Position numbers and translations under genes: made by a program
Source of the DNA: a virus
Lineage: Duplodnaviria > Heunggongvirae > Uroviricota > Caudoviricetes
Virus record (IMG/VR): IMGVR_UViG_2698536651_000005
Coordinates: 1-29,368 of that record
Length of the DNA: 29,368 nt
Strand: one strand, 5' to 3'
In this document: piece by piece, positions 26,127 to 29,368 of the stretch
Layout of the letters: the number at the start of each line of letters is the position of its first letter
How positions within the stretch are numbered: the stretch's first letter is position 1
Notes under the pieces: model-generated
The model's input: the letters and a program-made list of their open reading frames with translations, nothing else
What the model was told of the DNA's origin: nothing
Databases searched by the model: none

Positions 26127-26950
26127 AAAAAATTATTTTTGCTTTAGCCATTGTTCTGCCGACAATTGGCCTTGTCGGTTGCGATCGCGTTGAACCAGGT
26201 AATGTTGGCATCAAGGTAAATAAACTGGGCGACGACAAAGGCGTCGGTGAGGTGGTCGGTGTTGGTCGCTACTGGACTGGCTGGAATACTGAAGTTTATA
26301 TCTTCCCCACCTTCAAACAAATGAAGACCTACGATGAACCGTTCAGTTTCCAGATGAGTGACGGTACAACCATCGGCTATCACATCGGTGTGGCCTACAA
26401 AGTTGATCCATCCAAAGTTACCACGGTGTTTCAGACCTACCGCAAAGGCGTGGATGACATTACCGACACTGACCTGCGCCAGAAAATTGCCGACGCACTC
26501 AATCGGCTGGCCAGCAAAATGACCACTGACAAATTTATCGACGGCGGCAAGTCTGAACTACTGGATGCCGCACTTAAAGACATTCAGGAAGAGATGACAC
26601 CCATCGGCATTCAGGTAATGAGCCTCTCTTATGTAGGTAAACCGGAATACCCTCCAACCGTTATCGACAGCATTAACGCCAAAGTCACGGCAAACCAGAA
26701 AACCCTGCAGCGCGAACAGGAAGTCAAGCAACGTGAAGCGGAGGCCAACATGCTACGTGCGGAAGCTGCCGGACAGGCTGATGCCATTCGAACAAAAGCC
26801 CAGGCAGAAGCCGATGCTATTCGTTTACGCGGTGAAGCTCTGCGCCAGAACCCAGGCGTCATGGAGCTGGAAGCCATCAACAAGTGGAACGGTACACTGC
26901 CGCAATACATGACCAGTGGTGCCAATACACCATTTATCCAGATTAAATAA
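26123..26950 (+). CDS. SPFH/band-7 (prohibitin/HflC-like) domain lipoprotein
   Basis: lipoprotein signal MKKIIFALAIVLPTIGLVGC; SPFH-like core (VEPGNVGIKVN...); Ala/Gln/Glu-rich coiled-coil C-terminal region; AAGGA RBS. Confidence 0.75.
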   Translation: MKKIIFALAIVLPTIGLVGCDRVEPGNVGIKVNKLGDDKGVGEVVGVGRYWTGWNTEVYIFPTFKQMKTYDEPFSFQMSDGTTIGYHIGVAYKVDPSKVTTVFQTYRKGVDDITDTDLRQKIADALNRLASKMTTDKFIDGGKSELLDAALKDIQEEMTPIGIQVMSLSYVGKPEYPPTVIDSINAKVTANQKTLQREQEVKQREAEANMLRAEAAGQADAIRTKAQAEADAIRLRGEALRQNPGVMELEAINKWNGTLPQYMTSGANTPFIQIK

Positions 26951-26990
26951 CTTATATGCCCGGCAGGCCGCCGGGCTAAGGGAAATGAAG

Positions 26991-27362
26991 ATGAACACCC
27001 AGAATACTCAACCGCAAATAATGAACTATGACCCGAATCTGACGTCATGCGGACGCATGGCAAAACAAACCGTTCGATTAACTTTCGGACTATGGGAATA
27101 CCGCGAAACATTCGAAGTTACTGTCGGCGGCAATCTGACCGGACTGGATGTTATCAGTTGCGCTATTGAAAGCCTGTACGCAACGCTGCCTTATGAAGAA
27201 GTCGAGGATGAGCGCACAGGGGGAACAGATATCATGGCCACCATTAATATTGGCGAACTGATATGTCAGGATGAAGACCTGTCCGGAGAACTCTGGCTTG
27301 CCGGGATGCTTATCTCAGCAGAAATTATCAGTATTGAACCCGCTACAAACATACGGCTCTGA
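26991..27362 (+). CDS. hypothetical protein (123 aa)
   Basis: ATG 26991 with AAGGGA RBS (track ORF starts at 26916 inside SPFH gene); no recognised motifs. Confidence 0.45.
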   Translation: MNTQNTQPQIMNYDPNLTSCGRMAKQTVRLTFGLWEYRETFEVTVGGNLTGLDVISCAIESLYATLPYEEVEDERTGGTDIMATINIGELICQDEDLSGELWLAGMLISAEIISIEPATNIRL

Positions 27363-27393
27363 AGTTCTCACTATTCAGAGAGCAGGAGAAAAA

Positions 27394-27636
27394 ATGTTTG
27401 CTTTGATTAATCAGGGACAACTGTATACCGACAGTGCCGGTTACCCGGTAAAAATTATTCGCTGCATAAATAACACCGTGTTGTACAGAAGAATGGATGG
27501 GCGAACACAATCGGTAAAAATGAACGATTTTAATGAATCGTTTGAACGGATCGATCACCAGGAATACCGACAAATTCTGGCAGAAACAGAGCAGGAAGCT
27601 CATCTGAAAAAATTACGAGCCATGAAAAGGAAGTAG
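27394..27636 (+). CDS. hypothetical protein (80 aa)
   Basis: AGGAGA RBS 6 nt before ATG 27394. Confidence 0.45.
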   Translation: MFALINQGQLYTDSAGYPVKIIRCINNTVLYRRMDGRTQSVKMNDFNESFERIDHQEYRQILAETEQEAHLKKLRAMKRK

Positions 27637-27639
27637 CGA

Positions 27640-27786
27640 ATGAATAAAGCGTTTGAGCTATGGGTACGCCAGCGTTACGGCAATCGTTATGACCTGACGC
27701 GAGATGTTGACGGTTTCTACTGCCGTGAAGTTGTGAAACGAATGTTTGAGGTGTGGTGCCACTGCCGTGGGCTGAAAGTTTTATGA
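27640..27786 (+). CDS. possible small protein (48 aa)
   Basis: AAGGAAG RBS, starts 4 nt after upstream stop; below track size cut-off. Confidence 0.3.
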   Translation: MNKAFELWVRQRYGNRYDLTRDVDGFYCREVVKRMFEVWCHCRGLKVL

Positions 27787-27793
27787 GGTTGAC

Positions 27794-28048
27794 ATGCAGA
27801 CAATCATCTATCAAATAACACCAAGTAAATGGTGTACAGAAAGCACCCTCATTGCTTCGACAGGGCTAAAACCAGGCACCATTGAGCGAGCCAGGAAAAA
27901 ATCATGGCTACAGGGGAAAGAATATCGACATTACGCTGTCGATGGAATTCCGAAGAGCAACAGTGAATGCGTATACAACATAGAGGAAATTATGCGCTGG
28001 ATCGAAAATCAGAAACAACCAGGTGTTAAAAATGCAAGTTCCGGTTAA
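27794..28048 (+). CDS. excisionase-like DNA-binding protein
   Basis: 84 aa immediately upstream of integrase; GAGG RBS; assignment mainly by position and size. Confidence 0.45.
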   Translation: MQTIIYQITPSKWCTESTLIASTGLKPGTIERARKKSWLQGKEYRHYAVDGIPKSNSECVYNIEEIMRWIENQKQPGVKNASSG

Positions 28049-28081
28049 CCTGTTAATGCTCCTGGACGTCTGGGAGGTTTA

Positions 28082-29368
28082 ATGAGTAATACATCATACC
28101 CAACAGGCGTTGAAAATCATGGCGGATCACTCCGCATATGGTTTTACTATAACGGCAAACGTGTCAGAGAAAACCTCGGTGTTCCTGACACCGCCAAAAA
28201 CCGGAAAATCGCAGGTGACCTCCGCACTTCCGTTTGTTTTGCAATCAGAATGGGGAGTTTCGACTATGCAGCACAGTTCCCTGAGTCCCCTAACCTGAAA
28301 CACTTTGGTCTGGGGAAAAGAGAGATAACCATTAAAGCACTTTCGGAAAGATGGCTTGAACTGAAGAAAATAGAGATTTGTGCAAATGCACTTAACCGTT
28401 ACCAGTCAGTAATTAAAAACATGTTGCCAATGTTAGGTGAAAAAAGACTGGTTTCATCTGTAACAAAAGAGGATTTGCTTTTCGTAAGGCGAGATCTGTT
28501 GACCGGTTATCAAAAGCTTTCTAACGGAAAAATTTCTTCCATAAAAGGACGCTCAGTGGTCACAGTAAACTACTATATGACAACCATAGCTGGAATGTTT
28601 CAATTTGCAACAGATAATGGTTATACATCAGGAAATCCATTTAACGGTCTGACACCATTAAAAAAGTCCAAGATAGAACCAGATCCCCTCACCCGTGACG
28701 AATTTATTCGTTTTATTGAGGCTTGCCGTCATCAACAAACAAAAAACCTGTGGATTATCGCTGTATACACGGGTATTCGTCACGGGGAGCTGGTATCACT
28801 GGCCTGGGAAGATATAGACCTTAAAGCGAGGACTATAACCATCCGCCGGAATTATACAAAACTAGGCGAATTCACTCCACCAAAAACTGATGCTGGTACC
28901 GGAAGAACGATTCATCTGGTTCAACCAGCTATTGATGCTCTTAAAAGCCAAGCGGAAATGACCATGCTTGGAAAACAGCATTCTGTAGAGGTAAAGCAGA
29001 GGGAATATGGGAGAAGTACTGTGCATAAATGCACTTTTGTTTTTAGTCCTCAGGTAATAAAACAGCGGCAGTTTTCCGGACCGCACTATAAGGTTGACTC
29101 CATCAGGGAGTCATGGACAAGTATCTTAAAACGCGCAGGTCTGAGACACAGAAAATCGTATCAATCCAGGCATACCTATGCATGCTGGTCACTTGCCGCA
29201 GGAGCTAATCCTAGTTTTATCGCAAGCCAGATGGGCCACACAAACGCACAAATGGTATTCAATGTTTACGGAGCATGGATGAAAGACAACAATCACGAAC
29301 AGATAGAACTTCTTAACAGAAGACTATCTGAAAGTGTCCCATGCATGCCCCATAAGAAAGCGGGGTAA
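28082..29368 (+). CDS. int: tyrosine-type site-specific integrase
   Basis: 428 aa; catalytic region with TGIRHGEL (Arg), SRHTYACW (His-x-x-Arg) and VYGAW (Tyr)-like segments; GGGAGG RBS; stop coincides with window end. Confidence 0.9.
   Translation: MSNTSYPTGVENHGGSLRIWFYYNGKRVRENLGVPDTAKNRKIAGDLRTSVCFAIRMGSFDYAAQFPESPNLKHFGLGKREITIKALSERWLELKKIEICANALNRYQSVIKNMLPMLGEKRLVSSVTKEDLLFVRRDLLTGYQKLSNGKISSIKGRSVVTVNYYMTTIAGMFQFATDNGYTSGNPFNGLTPLKKSKIEPDPLTRDEFIRFIEACRHQQTKNLWIIAVYTGIRHGELVSLAWEDIDLKARTITIRRNYTKLGEFTPPKTDAGTGRTIHLVQPAIDALKSQAEMTMLGKQHSVEVKQREYGRSTVHKCTFVFSPQVIKQRQFSGPHYKVDSIRESWTSILKRAGLRHRKSYQSRHTYACWSLAAGANPSFIASQMGHTNAQMVFNVYGAWMKDNNHEQIELLNRRLSESVPCMPHKKAG

Noticed and set aside
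1-29368. Search for prophage attachment sites, IS elements and CRISPR arrays
   Set aside because: No transposase, no regularly spaced repeat array and no direct repeat pair flanking the element were seen; the window starts inside the tail gene region and ends at the integrase stop, so att sites are presumably outside it.

Overview
The whole 29.4-kb window lies inside a lambdoid (lambda/DLP12/Gifsy-like) enterobacterial prophage; both attachment sites are outside it. All calls come from reading the ORF translations and the DNA by eye: no database search or folding program was run, and family assignments rest on recalled motifs and lambda-like gene order. Reverse strand, right to left: a Cro-like gene, early genes including a Rha-family regulator, a replication module (O-like initiator, DnaC-like loader, DnaB-like helicase), antiterminator Q, an orphan adenine methyltransferase, a tRNA-Gly(UCC)-like gene, a lysis cassette (holin, membrane protein, GH108 endolysin), a candidate cos site, then the head module (terminases, gpW-like, portal, protease-capsid fusion, DUF2190-like, FII-position, Z-like, gpU-like). 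Forward-strand insertions are an OmpC/NmpC/Lc-family porin moron between Q and the methylase, and a HigB/HigA-like toxin-antitoxin pair inside the early operon. On the forward strand a CI repressor (HTH plus S24 peptidase) is followed by about 3.8 kb of uncharacterised genes before an excisionase-like gene and the tyrosine integrase; no N, exo/bet, kil or cIII homologue was recognised. The best candidates for an undescribed system are in that stretch: a two-gene cassette with a duplicated domain directly after cI, a coupled 62-aa/193-aa pair, and an SPFH (band-7) lipoprotein operon.
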